From: Lama glama | Taxonomy: Eukaryota | Assembly (NCBI GenBank): GCA_028534125.1 | Contig: CM052832.1 | Span: 21,392,001 to 21,456,000 of the forward strand | Reading direction: 5' to 3' | Length of the DNA: 64,000 bases | In this document: piece by piece, positions 49,951 to 61,948 of the stretch | Position numbering within the stretch: the first letter of the stretch is position 1 | Layout of the letters: every line of letters starts with the position of its first letter | Notes under the pieces: model-generated | Told to the model about the DNA's origin: nothing | Databases searched by the model: none | The model's input: the letters and a program-made list of their open reading frames with translations, nothing else | Program-made: the position numbers and the translations under genes

Positions 49951-50797
49951 TAATTATCAGAGAAATGCAAACCAAAACTATAACAAGCTATCACCTCATA
50001 CTGGTCAGAAAGGCCATCATTAAAGAATCCACAAATGATAAATACTGGAGGAGATGTGGAGAAAAGGGAACCCTCCTTCACTGTTAGTGGGAATGTAAAC
50101 TGGAGCAGCCACTATAGAAAACAGTATGGAGGTTCCTTAAAAAACTAAAAATAGAACTACCATATGATCTAGCAATCCTACCCCTGGGCATATATCCAGA
50201 GGAAATTCTAATTCAAGAAGATACATGCACCCCAATGTTTATAGCAGCACTATTTACAATAGCCAAGACATGGAAACAACCTAAATGTCCATCAACAGAT
50301 GAGTGGATAAAGAAGTTGAGGCATATATATACAATGGAATACTATTCGGCCATAAAAAAGAATGAAATAATGCCATTTGAGCAACATGGATAGACCAAGA
50401 GATTATCATACTAAGAAGTAAGTCAGAAAGAGAAATACAAATATTATATGGTATCACTTACACGTGGAATCTAAAAAATGATACAAATGAACTTATTTAC
50501 CAACCAGAAATAGACTCACAGACACAGAAAACAAACTTACGGTTACCAAAGGGGGAAGAGGCAAGGTGACGGATAAATTAGGAGTTTGCAATTAGCAGAT
50601 ACAAACTACTATATATAAAATAAATGAACAATAAGGTCCTACTGTATAGCACAGGGAACTATATTCAATATCTTGTAATAACCTATAATGAAAAAGAAAT
50701 GTTAAAGAATATATATGTATAACTGAATCACTTTGCAGTATTTCAGAAATTAACACAACATTGTAAATCAACTGTACTTCAATTAAAAAAGGAAAAA
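49951..50797 (+). mobile_element. 5'-truncated cetartiodactyl L1 (~850 bp)
   Basis: Translates IIREMQTKT..YHL..RCGEKGTLLHC*WECKL (ORF2 Cys-rich domain with stops); 3'UTR matches 4652-5023; A tail; flanks share aagtgct. Confidence 0.95.
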
Positions 50798-50899
50798 AGT
50801 GCTGTTGCTAAATGAATATATATATGTACCCAAAAGTTAGCAAAAACAGGGACGAGAACACAACAAAACACCTATCTAATGAGGATGTGTACTAACAAT

Positions 50900-51270
50900 T
50901 TCATACCAGGATGCTTATTGTAGCATCACTTATCACAGTGAAAAACTAGAGACAAGCTAAATGTCCAATAATTAGAAGATAAGTTGGATAAATTATGTCA
51001 CAACCATGCAATGAAATATTATGAGTCATTCAGAATCAGTTTTAGAGGAATAGTTAACATCTTAAGAAAACACTGACAATCGTTAAGGGGAAACAAAACA
51101 AAACAGTAGGAATAATACACTCCAAATTGGGAGTCTGTGCATTTTTATGAACAATATGTGTCAAAATGCCAATGGTCATCACTAGATGGGAGGGTTAGGA
51201 GCAGTTTTATTTTCTTTTTAGGACTTTTCTGCATGTTCCAAATATTCTACAATCAACATTTCTTGTTTTA
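50900..51270 (+). mobile_element. Old L1 (L1ME-like) 3' fragment
   Basis: caggatgcttattgtagca..aaaaactagagacaagctaaatgtccaata..ataaattatg..ccatgcaatgaaatattatg. Confidence 0.6.
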
Positions 51271-51785
51271 GTACTCTATGTGCATAAATATTTTTATTTG
51301 GAGACCACATTAGGATCATTTTGCTCTCATTAGTTCTCAGAAAATTTGACAAGTTGGTTCCTCTATTTTAATATGCAGATAAATCCTGATTTCACAGTTC
51401 TATCTAGCACATTCTTTCTCCTAGTAGATGAGAACCTCTAAATTGCTCATCACAAAAGCAAAAGGAGATGCGTGCGGTCACAAGCAACGGAATGGAAAGT
51501 GTAGGAATCTATTCTGAAGTTTTGCAGCTTCTGCTGTACTGGGTTGCCCACCACATCCACCCTACTGTGCATTGCTTCCAAGACTAGAAAGTGCATTAAG
51601 TATGTAGCAAATTCTTCTGGTGCAAACTTCCTCTGTTTTTTCCAGGAACCCTAAGGATTTGGGCAATGCTTTCTCCCTGGGATTTACATGGAATTTCCAA
51701 AGGAAAAGAGGAAGATATGCCCCAGCTTTCCTAGCCTCCCTGCCTCACTCATCCTTTCTCTTTCCTTCTCCTAAGAGAAGAAAAG

Positions 51786-52175
51786 GTATGTTGAAGTCCT
51801 AACCTCCAGTATCTCAGCAGGTGATCTTTGAAAACAGTCACTGCAGATGTAAGTAAGTATGGATGAAGTCTTACTGGGGAAGCACAGGCCCTTAATCCAA
51901 TATGACTGGTGTCCTTGTGAGAAGAGTGGAGACACAGACACACGTCGCCTTAGAAAGAGGTAGAGATTGAAGTGATGCGTCTATGAGCCAAGGAACACCA
52001 GGGTCTCCCAGAAGCGAGGAAGGATTCTGCTCTAGAAGCCTTCAGAGACAGTGCAGTCCTGCTGACACCTTGATTTCAGACGTCTAGCCTCTACAACTAA
52101 GGGAGAATCCATTTCTGTTGTCTCAAGCCACCCAGTTGGTAGCACTTTGTCACCGCAGCTCTAGGGAAAGAATAC
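51786..52175 (+). mobile_element. MaLR solo LTR (MLT1B/C-like)
   Basis: tatgttgaagtcctaacctccagta..aatccaatatgactggtgtcctt..gccaaggaacacca..ctgctgacaccttgatttcagac..aagccacccagtt. Confidence 0.85.
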
Positions 52176-52890
52176 AAGTGATATGAAACTTATGTGCAAC
52201 TTTCCTCCCACAATTTGTAACTAATGCACCTGGTTGAGAATCATGAAGAAAAACAGCCACTGGTGCGCTTCCTGTGCATAAAGTAGAAATCAGGCAAAGG
52301 TTTTATTTTCAGAAATTAGAGTAGTGAGATCCTGCTAGTGAAGACATCCAAACACAGGTGGATGCTCACTCAGGAGAGATGCTGGAAAGGATTTGGGTTT
52401 TCTACATGAAGAGCTGGACTCTTAGAAACACCTTAAAGTGTCTCACCAAATCTAATGCCTTCATCCAGAAGCTCCCCCGTGAGAGGTGCGCAGAATCCAC
52501 ATGGCATCAGACTAAACCCTTCTGGTCATGTCTCAAAGAAATACACAAATGTTTGGCTGGTTGTGCCAAAGAGACTGGCATATGCCTTAGTCGTTTATAT
52601 CCTTTCTACCTGGAAAATACCCTTTTGCCAAAGTTTTCAAAACGAAGGATCATGAATTGAGCCCTTTCCATGCTCCAGATTCTACATCAGTTTCCTTTCA
52701 CACTTAGAGTCACATTTAATCATGTGCATTTACTCCAGAAAGTGCTGCCTGATCATGACTAAGGCACTATGATGACACCCTTCTAGAAAGACAAGGAAGC
52801 TTCCCTCAAAAGCCATCCTGCATAGAAAAAGCAGATAAATCATGTTCACGGTTCATGAATCACTTCAACTTTGACTCATAAAATGCTCAC

Positions 52891-52999
52891 CTGCAGACAC
52901 GAGCCAGTTTGGGCTCTTGTCCTAATAACTGCAGAGGGGGGCCAGGGAGAAATTCCAGTCCTAGAAATTGGCGTACAAGTGGCAGACCACATCTGGGGT
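52891..52999 (-). other. Candidate 109-nt internal exon (unidentified transcript)
   Basis: Donor CAG|gtgagc; acceptor catcctccactgctgcag at 52999, alternative ttctccctggcccccctctgcag at 52928. Confidence 0.2.
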
Positions 53000-54217
53000 C
53001 TGCAGCAGTGGAGGATGCATGACATTAGTGTTCAGCAGTGCTCATTAGACTTTCCGGCAAGCACCACACCAACAGATGCTCTGCTGCATGTGCAGTGATC
53101 TAATTAAGGGCATGGGCTATTTTTCTAAAAGGAAAAGCAATTATTATCCATTTTAATTGTAACTGCTCAGCTTGCATAGAACATTTTAGGAATTTGTTAC
53201 AAACTCAGAAGCTACACATTTTTTTAAAAAAAATAAAATCTATCCAAGGTCTCAAGAATCACGCAGTAACTAACGCCTCCTTTCCCACGTCCCCGGTCAA
53301 AGAAGAAGCTGGCATTTCCCCTCCTCCGATGTAACTGCCAGAGTTTGAGAAGTATCTCGAAAGATGAATCTGATGTGTCTAAATACACAAAGCTGAGTTG
53401 ATTAAAACTGGCCTACATCTGTGTAAACTAGAAAACAAAATATGCACCCATTCCTTTTGTCTGTGACATCTACCCACCCTCAGAAGTTCCCAAATCAGCT
53501 CATTTTTAAATGCAAGGTTTCTGATTACGCATCAGAATAGCACTTGTCCTCATGTGAAAACGGGTTAGAGATGCTTCTGTCCATATCCACCCAACTTCTC
53601 CAGCTCAGACCCACCACTAGGCTCTCTGACTGTGGGTTCTCCCAGCCTATACTCCATCCCATTTTCCAAGCTCAACAGTGCCAGGTGCATCAGTCATACT
53701 GGGAGTAACGGTGAGACCCTGAAGTAACAGAAACCCCAAACCCACCAGATAAGGGAAGATCATTTGCTTGAGGTAGAATCATTCATGAAAATCGACAGAA
53801 CTCTAGCCAGAATGGTACCAGATCAGAGCCTCCATACACACATAACCTAAGAGAGCCCCTGGACCCTCCTCCTGTCACACTCCACAGTCTCTCCACAGTC
53901 ACACTACTGGGACCAACTTTTTCCCATAGTAACCTCAGCCTATCAATGCCAGAACCAGTAAAAACATCCTATGGCACTCAGTAGATCCATTTTCCCAGAA
54001 ACACATCTTTCAAATACCTGTCTGCCTCAGCATTTTAGAAGATAAACTGTGAATCTTGTTTTCATTCCTGTGATGTGCTGCCTAAGAAAAGTACTCTGTT
54101 TTTGAAGGCTAGTCCTAAATGGTCCTTATTACCAACATAGTCATCTACTAATTGGTTGTTGAAACTTAAAATACTTTATTAATGTTGCTGTTAATTACTA
54201 TTAAAAGCATTTAACCT

Positions 54218-54606
54218 GTGTCCATCAACTGCTGAATGGATAAACAAATGTGGTATATCCATACAATGGAATATTATTCAACCATAAAAGGAATAAACTA
54301 CTGATAGAAGCAGACACAAAGGATCACATATTACAAGTCCATTTATATGAAATGTACAAAATAGACAAATCCATAGAGACAGGAAGCAGATTAGTGATTG
54401 CCAGGGGCAGGAAGGAGAGGAAATGGGAGTAATTACTTAATGGGTAAGGGGTTTCCTCTCGGGATGATGAAAAGTTCTGAAACTAGACGGTGGTAATAGT
54501 TGCACAACGTTACGAACATATTTAACGTGACTAAACTGCACACTTTAAGATAGCTAAGAGTCAATTTGTGATACTTATTTTATCACAATTTAAACAAACA
54601 AAAAAA
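54218..54606 (+). mobile_element. L1MB-type 3' end
   Basis: tgtccatcaactgctgaatggataaacaaatgtggtatatccatacaatggaatatt..caaatccatagagacaggaagcagattagtg..gttgcacaac. Confidence 0.88.
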
Positions 54607-55929
54607 GAGTTTGACCTCTGGGCTTCCTTTTCCTCAGCTATATTCTTGGTCTATTTTCTTGATATATGACAAGAAAAATATATAATAACCCGTTTTGTGA
54701 AAATTTTTGGAGATGGAAACTTGCACATAAATGTAAGATAAGAACCACCATGCTGAGCACACACTGAATGGCCAAAATTGTCCACAAAGCCAGGCTACTG
54801 GGATGAGATCATAAAGGTGACAGCCGTGCGTCCCCATGCAACACATACCCCTCAAAGTCTCTTGTTCCCCCTCCACCTGTACCCCTGGAGAAAAACAGCT
54901 CTTATGATAAATTGCTAGTCACAACGTCCAATCCGAACATTATGTGGCCACATACACAGTGCTCGTTTCTAATGCATTCTAAGTACTTGATATGCTGAGA
55001 GCACAGAATGATTTTTTTCACCCGACTGAGCTCCTTAGGGCCCGTCTTGTAGACCATTTTGTCAGTTTAAATACACCACAGCTCAAGTGTTGTGAAGTCC
55101 GCCCATGTGCCTGGTGGGGAAAGCAGGGCAATTTGGTTCCCTGTGCTGTGATTGTTCTTTTAGTGAAATCACTTGAATTTCCAACTGCATCTTTTATTTC
55201 TTTCAACAACATTGAGCATTAGCATGTCACTTGTCTGTTTCTAGGAATGAAGACTAGAAATCTTAGTATAAAACATTAACTCAGTGGGCTGGCCTGGCAG
55301 AGTCATAGATCTTGGGAACTGCAGTGGCAAGACCTTGCTGGGACTTCCTCAAGTCACAACAAAGCACTGTCATTCTTTTATTGAGCCAGTAGCGTAAGTC
55401 ACAAACATATCTATGCAGAAAGCAACTGCGGCAGCTCCTCCAAGGGATGACTGAAGGAACCAGTCAGTACCAGCATGGATGAGCCCTGGTGCTGAAGGTG
55501 AAAAGACTGGATTAGATTAGAAAGAACTGTTCAGACCCAGAGCAATCAATGACACCTCAGAGCTGCTTAGCTGCGCTGCGATCGCTCCGACTTGACATGC
55601 AAAGCACACTGCGGTAGCAACCAGATGGTATCTTCCTTTTCCTGCTGGACTTCCTGGGATTTCCAAAAACGCTTGCCTGAATCAGTTCACTTTCTCTGGC
55701 CAGCCTAGTAAGATTTCAGCCAGCTGACAAGCCTGAATACAAGGAAAAATGGATCCTGATAGATTAGGACAACTATTTATCAGGCTTAATGAGAAGAGGA
55801 AAAAAAAAAAAAGAACAGCTTAGGAATCAATATAGTCAATACCTTTGAGTCTCATTTTTTTTTAAAACCCTGGAAAACTCATAAAATCCTATAGGTCTGG
55901 GAGGGATATCGGAGGTCAACTATTCAATT

Positions 55930-56967
55930 TGCCGGTTAGTTATCTACCGCTACCTAACAAAGTACTCCCAAACTCAGCACTTTGAAACAGCAGTATTCAT
56001 TACCTCACAGTTTCTGTAGGTCAGGAATCCAGGTTCAGTTTACCTGGGTCTTCGGCTTTCAGAATCTCTCAGGGGCTGCCATCCCGATGTTGGCAGGATC
56101 TGCAGTCAACTGAAGGCTGGGTTGGGGAAGAACCTGCTGCTAAGCCCGCTCAAGAGATGGCTGGCAGGCGTGAGTTTCTCCTGAGGTTCTGGATCGAGGG
56201 CCTCAGCTCCTCATGAGCTGTGGGCCCAAGGCCTCACTCTGCTCCTCGCCTCTCTATGTGGCCCCCACAATGGTGGCAGACTGCATCAAGCAAGAAAGGG
56301 AGAGGGCAAGAGAGGGCGTATGAACAAAACACAAGTCACGATCTTATGCAAACTAACACAAGCATACCCTGAAGATATTGTGGATTCGGACCCAGATCAC
56401 AGAAGTAAAGGGAATATTGCAATAAAGTCAGTCACACAAATTTTTTGGTTTCCCAGTGCGTATCAAAGTTACGCTTACACTATACCATAGTCTAATATGT
56501 GTGCAATAGCATTATGGTAAAAACAAAACAAAAAACCAATGTATACACCTTAATTTAAAAATACTGTATTGCTAAAAAACGCTATCATCCAAGCCTTCAG
56601 GGAGTCATAGTAGTAATGTCAAAGATCACTGATTACAGATCACCATCACCAACAATACTGAAGGGGTTTGAGACATTACCAAAATGTGACACAGAGACAT
56701 GAAATGAGCAAATGCTGTTGAAAAACTGGCACCGATAGACTTGTTCAAGGCACAGCTGTCATAAACCTTCAACTTGTTTAAAAACGCAATAAAATGAAGC
56801 ACAAAAAAAAAGAGGCATGCCTTAACAGAAGCAATATCCCATCACTTTTTCTATTTATTAGAAGCAATTCATTAGGTCCAACTCACACTGGGAGGGGGTT
56901 ACACAGGGCCTGCTTACCAGGAGGTGGCATCACTGGGGGCCATCTCAGGGGCTGCCTGTCACCCGCA
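55930..56967 (-). mobile_element. MLT1F-like LTR interrupted by a Tigger1 derivative
   Basis: tcacagtttctgtaggtcaggaatc.. left part; right part agaagcaa..cattaggtcca..ttacacagggc..accaggagg..cactgggggccatct. Confidence 0.75.
56359..56822 (-). mobile_element. Internally deleted Tigger1 (TcMar) with both ends
   Basis: caagcatacc..gagatattg-like start, agtcacacaaattttttggtttcccagtgc; other end gctgttgaaaaactggcaccgatagacttg..aaaccttcaa..gaggcatgcct. Confidence 0.85.
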
Positions 56968-59900
56968 CCCATTAGACATTTCTACCTTCTCCACTGACTC
57001 CTTGCCGGCTCTGCTCTAACTTCTTCTGCCACGAGGCGCTAACTCACCACCTCCTGAGGCACCCAGCTCATTTCAATTCAGAACCCTAACAACTTAAAAC
57101 CCCCTGCCACTGTTTGGATCCCAGAGATTCTGTTAAATACCTGGAAATTCTAAAGAGACCCTGGAATTCAAGATATTTATACAGAAGATGTTTAGAAATG
57201 GGAACTTTGTACAGGAGAGAAGATCTGGGAAGAGTAACAGTTAAATTATCACAAGGGGAAGTTCTCACACAACCATTTCATCTCAAACACCGCAAATATT
57301 AGGGCTGGAGATATCAGGGGAAGGCAAGCACCATGTTTATCATGCGGCTGAGCACCCCTCCAGTCAGCCCCACCGTGGGTTCCCCGAACCATTTTGAAGA
57401 CGCTCACAGGTTTATCTCCTCGTCCTGAAAACCACAGGGGAATGCCTGACACAACTCTGGACTGTGCTAGCCCTGCAGAGGCGCAGAGGAAGGATGCCAA
57501 GGACAGTTGCCTGGGTTCTGAAGCATCCCAGAGTAATCTGTCAAGTGGGGAGGGGGCAGTGAGACAGCCCTGGTGATGAGTGGGGAAAGGACTTCCAAGC
57601 CATCAGGAAACAAAAAAGCCAAAGGACCACAACCCTGAGGATAAAGTCACATCATAAGCCTCAGAAGTCCTGATTTCCCAAAAGGCTGGATTTCGTCTGG
57701 TCGGGAGGGGATGGATAAGCCTGAATGCGGACTGGAGACAGGCAGCAGGAAGGGCAAGGTGAGTAAGAGGCCTGGGTTCCCAATGCTTTCTACTCATCCC
57801 ACTTCATTGGTCACATTAATATTTTTTTTGCCACCCCATATACATTTAAAATAAGAGTCCATGTGGGGGATGGGTCAGAGTAGGGAGGAGGAGGAGGAGG
57901 AAGAGACCCTCACCAGGAGTTTGTTACTTGTTCCGTCTCCTTCACGTTGTCTGCGATTCTGTGAGCTGCATCCTGGGGCCTAAACTTGTGGATTTAATGT
58001 TATTCACTAACTCAGAGTTGATGGAGCTAAAATCTAACTCATCAACTTAAAAATAAAAAGTAATCTAATGAATTAGCAAGACAACTGACTCAAATAGACA
58101 TGGGTGGCAAATAGAAAACTGAAGCCCCTGTACCCCAGAAGCAGGTAAAATGCTTGAATCAATGTGCTGGAAAAGTTATTTCCAATCAGTGAAATGGTAA
58201 GATGGCTGGGAAAGTGTTAACCTGTTTCTGTCACTCACTTTTTAGTTTCTCTCTCTGCCATTTACACTCTCTCAGACGTGAACTGGGACCCCTCCATTCT
58301 GTGCAGTGGTCCTTCGCTTCCAGGGTGATGGTCAGCACCCCACAATGGGAGTTCAATGTTTGTCTTTGGCTGAATGGTAAGACTGAGAAACAAAAAATAA
58401 ACGCAAGGATTATATCAACTCCTAACTCCAGCGTGTTTCCAAATACCCGGGAGCAAATTCCATGTGCTCATTTAGCTTCAAATGCTGAGTCACTGGCAGA
58501 TGAACACAAATTCCAACCGAGGTTAGAAGTACTATGACAGACTGATCAGAGTGCACAGAGGTGCATTTCTCTACGATGTTCTGCTGAGAACCAATCAGCA
58601 GTAGCCTTTTAGAGATGCACAAATGATAGTGGGTGTGGGATATAGCAAACGGGGGTCCAAGCATGCACACAGATGCTGCAAGTGCTTTTTTTTTTTTAGC
58701 AAATCTGAAGTTGTTTGGGAGGACAGAAATATTTGCATGATAAACCTAAATTGACACATGGGCTATAGACTGAAGACTTCCAGAAACCAAGGGGCCTCCA
58801 GGCCAGCCAAATATTATCTCCAGTCAAAATGGCCAATCTACACCCATACTTTCCAGCCTGTAGTGCAGGTCTACAGTATAGGTCAAAAATTCAAGGACAG
58901 GAAATTATATATTTCAAGATTTATCTTAAAGGAAAATTAAAGCGCCTTTAACCACCAATCTTCACTCATATACAACATCAGTGTTTCTCTTATGAGCCCC
59001 AAATTCTGTGGTTCACAAGTAAGTAATTATAATATAGTATTTTGTACTTTTTGAAAGATGTTGCTTTAAAGAAAAACCTATTAGCCAATGAGGAGAAGGG
59101 GGGTCCACAGACTACTTTCTTCCCCAGTCTTTTTCCACTAGGAGAAAATGCATGTTGACTTCTCCAAATGTGGGCTCCATAAATCCTCCACGTGGTTTGT
59201 CAGCTGGTCTCTTGTGTGATTCAAGATTACAATGAGACCAATCCATGCCTGACTTAATAACTTACTAATTGTAATTGACTAAACACCAGGCGTCAACTCA
59301 CACATGTCAAGTCTCATTTCTGTCATCATCTTGGAGCTATTGTATTCCAAAGAGAAGCATGCCGGGAAATGTCCAATGGGTCACCAAAACATGGCAGACC
59401 CGAGGTCGATATCACGATCCAGAAGATGAAGCCAGATGGCCCCAGGGCCAGGGGACAGGAGCAGAGAGCTGAGGTCAAGCAGGAGCTGCAGGGTGACTGA
59501 ATGAGGTCACTGAGCCCGGGCCACCGTGACTGTATGTGCTTAGTGATGAGTGAGTAAGTCCTGTTCCTCTGAAGAGCCAGAGTCGGGGCACCACATTAGG
59601 GAATTAAAACAGATCTAGTGATCTCACTAGACAGGCCTACCGCACAAACCCTCTGACTGTCTTCATTTCTGGATGCTTGTGGTCTCTCTAATCCCCATAA
59701 TTGGAGTTCACTGCTTCAGGGGATGAGGGTAGGAGGGGCGTGAGACAGTCTTCCAAAAAAACGAATTTGTCTAGATTTAGGGGTGATGAAGATGCAAAGG
59801 GGCAACACAACCTAGAGCAGTTTGACTAGCCCATTAGCACCTTTTGTCACCATCCAATAAAACTGTCCTTAGAAACTTGGCACAGCCAGGACCTTAGAAG

Positions 59901-60804
59901 GTGAACTACAAGTAGACCTCAGGACTTCTGAGTCCTAATTTGATGCTCTTTCCCAGGATCCCCAACTACCTTTCCGTGCATGCTGTTAGGATGTAATGTC
60001 TCTTTCCATTGCCTTCCAGCAACAAATAGGAGATGGTGTCATTTAGAAGCATCTACAAAACTAGGCCCAGGAAACACTGACTGAGCTGAGTAGTATGTAC
60101 CGGGCTCTGGTCAAAGAACTAGAAAGAGAATAGCAAGTAAGGGGTGGTTCTTGCCCTCAAGAAGCTTGCTCTGAGGGGCAACACATCCCTTAATCCAGAC
60201 CCTGCGTGGAGATACATTTTCACACCTTCTCCACAGCACAAAGTTCTCCCTTGGCTTCTTTCTCTTGAACTCCCTCAGCGGCAGGAAGCCTAGTTACTCA
60301 CTGAATGTAGGTATCTCTCCTCCACCCCTGGACCTTCTCCCCAGTTCACAGAAGGGCACTGAGCCCAGCCAGCAACCTCTGCCTCAAATCTCTGCAAGAC
60401 GGAAGAGCCCCTTAGCAAAGTCTGTCCCCAGCCCCATGCATTTGCTAGGACAGATTTCTCCTCTCAACACTGTATTTATTACTGGGGCGTGAAACACAGA
60501 TCTGCAGATGCCTTTTCCACTTGCCTGCTGTTCAGAGCCTGCTCAATAATTTAGCACGTTCTCTCTTAAGGACACGTGGTTCTGCTGGCTGTTGCCTAAG
60601 ACGGTGCAGGGATGAGTTCTGAGATGCCTGGATCCCTCCACCCTCTCTCCTGCCTCCCTTGTGGGCTCTGGCAAGCATCGGTTTGCAGCTGCAGGAGCAG
60701 CAGCTCCTTAGCTCTTGGGCAGCCACAAGCATTACTGCTGCTTCCCAGATACAGTACTGTTCCGCTTCCCCAGTAGATTATCACAGCAAACTGATGGTTA
60801 CTTG

Positions 60805-60849
60805 AGAAAAGAAAAAAAAAAAAGGAAAGAAAAGAAAAGAAAAGAAAAG
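60805..60849. repeat. A-rich (AAAAG)n simple repeat
   Basis: gaaaagaaaaaaaaaaaaggaaagaaaagaaaagaaaagaaaag. Confidence 0.9.
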
Positions 60850-61749
60850 CTGTCACAATAGGAGGCCAAACACTGGCAACAGATAAAACAAAAGGAGGCA
60901 CCGAGCTCTTTAATTAAGGTTCACAAAGGCATGTGAATCCTGGCTCGAAGCCTGCTGCGCCTCTGCCTGATTAGCCACAATGCATCTGCTCCACTTCCTG
61001 GTATCCATCTGTACTGCGAGGGAGAAATGTATTCGGGTCACCCCAATACTCAATACGACGGCTCGAAGGCATCAGCTGCAGATAGGCTAATGGTTATGCG
61101 TGTTGACAGAGGGTTTCCTGCACTCCTTGCTGTGTCGACATGCGAGATCACACCACCTTACACGCACCTGAAATTAGCCCATATCCACACACACAGCCCC
61201 AAAGAAATGCCGACTGCCAGGAAACCCGGAGAGTGTTAGGATGACTCATTCCTCCGCTGTTGTGTTTAAAGCTGGAAATATCCCTCAATCACACCCTTTA
61301 CAGAAACTCCACCTATCTGTTCTGCCATGCAATTTCTTCTTGAACAGATTCAAAGGAGCAGGAGATCTGGGGTCTTTCTGCACAGTACAGTGGAATGGGC
61401 TTCCCATCTCAGTGTGCCCTGCAGGTGTGTCTGTGCGTACAAGGATTCTTTCTCACCAAGGCAAGGGCAACCAGGACCTAAACGGCCACTAGTCAGAGCT
61501 GTTTGTGCAGAACACGCTGTGCAATGGAAAGTATGTTGGCCCCGTGTGATTTGTTTCCCCAGTGACCTTATTTGCCTCATTTATAAAAATGCGTTAGCAC
61601 TACGTGGATCTTAAAATCCTTCACTAATGTGCCATTCTGTGATTCAGGGCCCTCGATCCCATCAACTCAGGTTCATAGAATTCGAAACAGCTGAGCTGAC
61701 CCCGTACCCAGACTCAGACATCTGAGACTTGAGTATTTTCCTAAAATTG

Positions 61750-61948
61750 ACAAAATCCAAATACAGCCTAGAGTTGAGTTCACAGTAATGTATCAGTGGT
61801 TTCTTAGGTTTTCCAGATGTACCATAATAATGGAAGATGTCAACAGTAAGGGAATTGGGTGAGGGGAACATGGGGACCCCTCTGCATCATCTTTGCAGCT
61901 TTTCTCCAAATCTAGAATTACTCCAAAATGAAGCGTTTAAAAAAAAAT
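61750..61948 (+). mobile_element. L1MC/MD-type 3' end fragment
   Basis: gtaatgtatcagtg..tgtaccat..aagatgtcaaca..atctttgcagcttttct..aaatctagaatta..ccaaaatgaag + A tail. Confidence 0.7.

Noticed and set aside
57914..57979. 66-nt minus-strand exon with CTG|gtgagg donor
   Set aside because: The acceptor lacks a polypyrimidine tract and the peptides are unrecognised.
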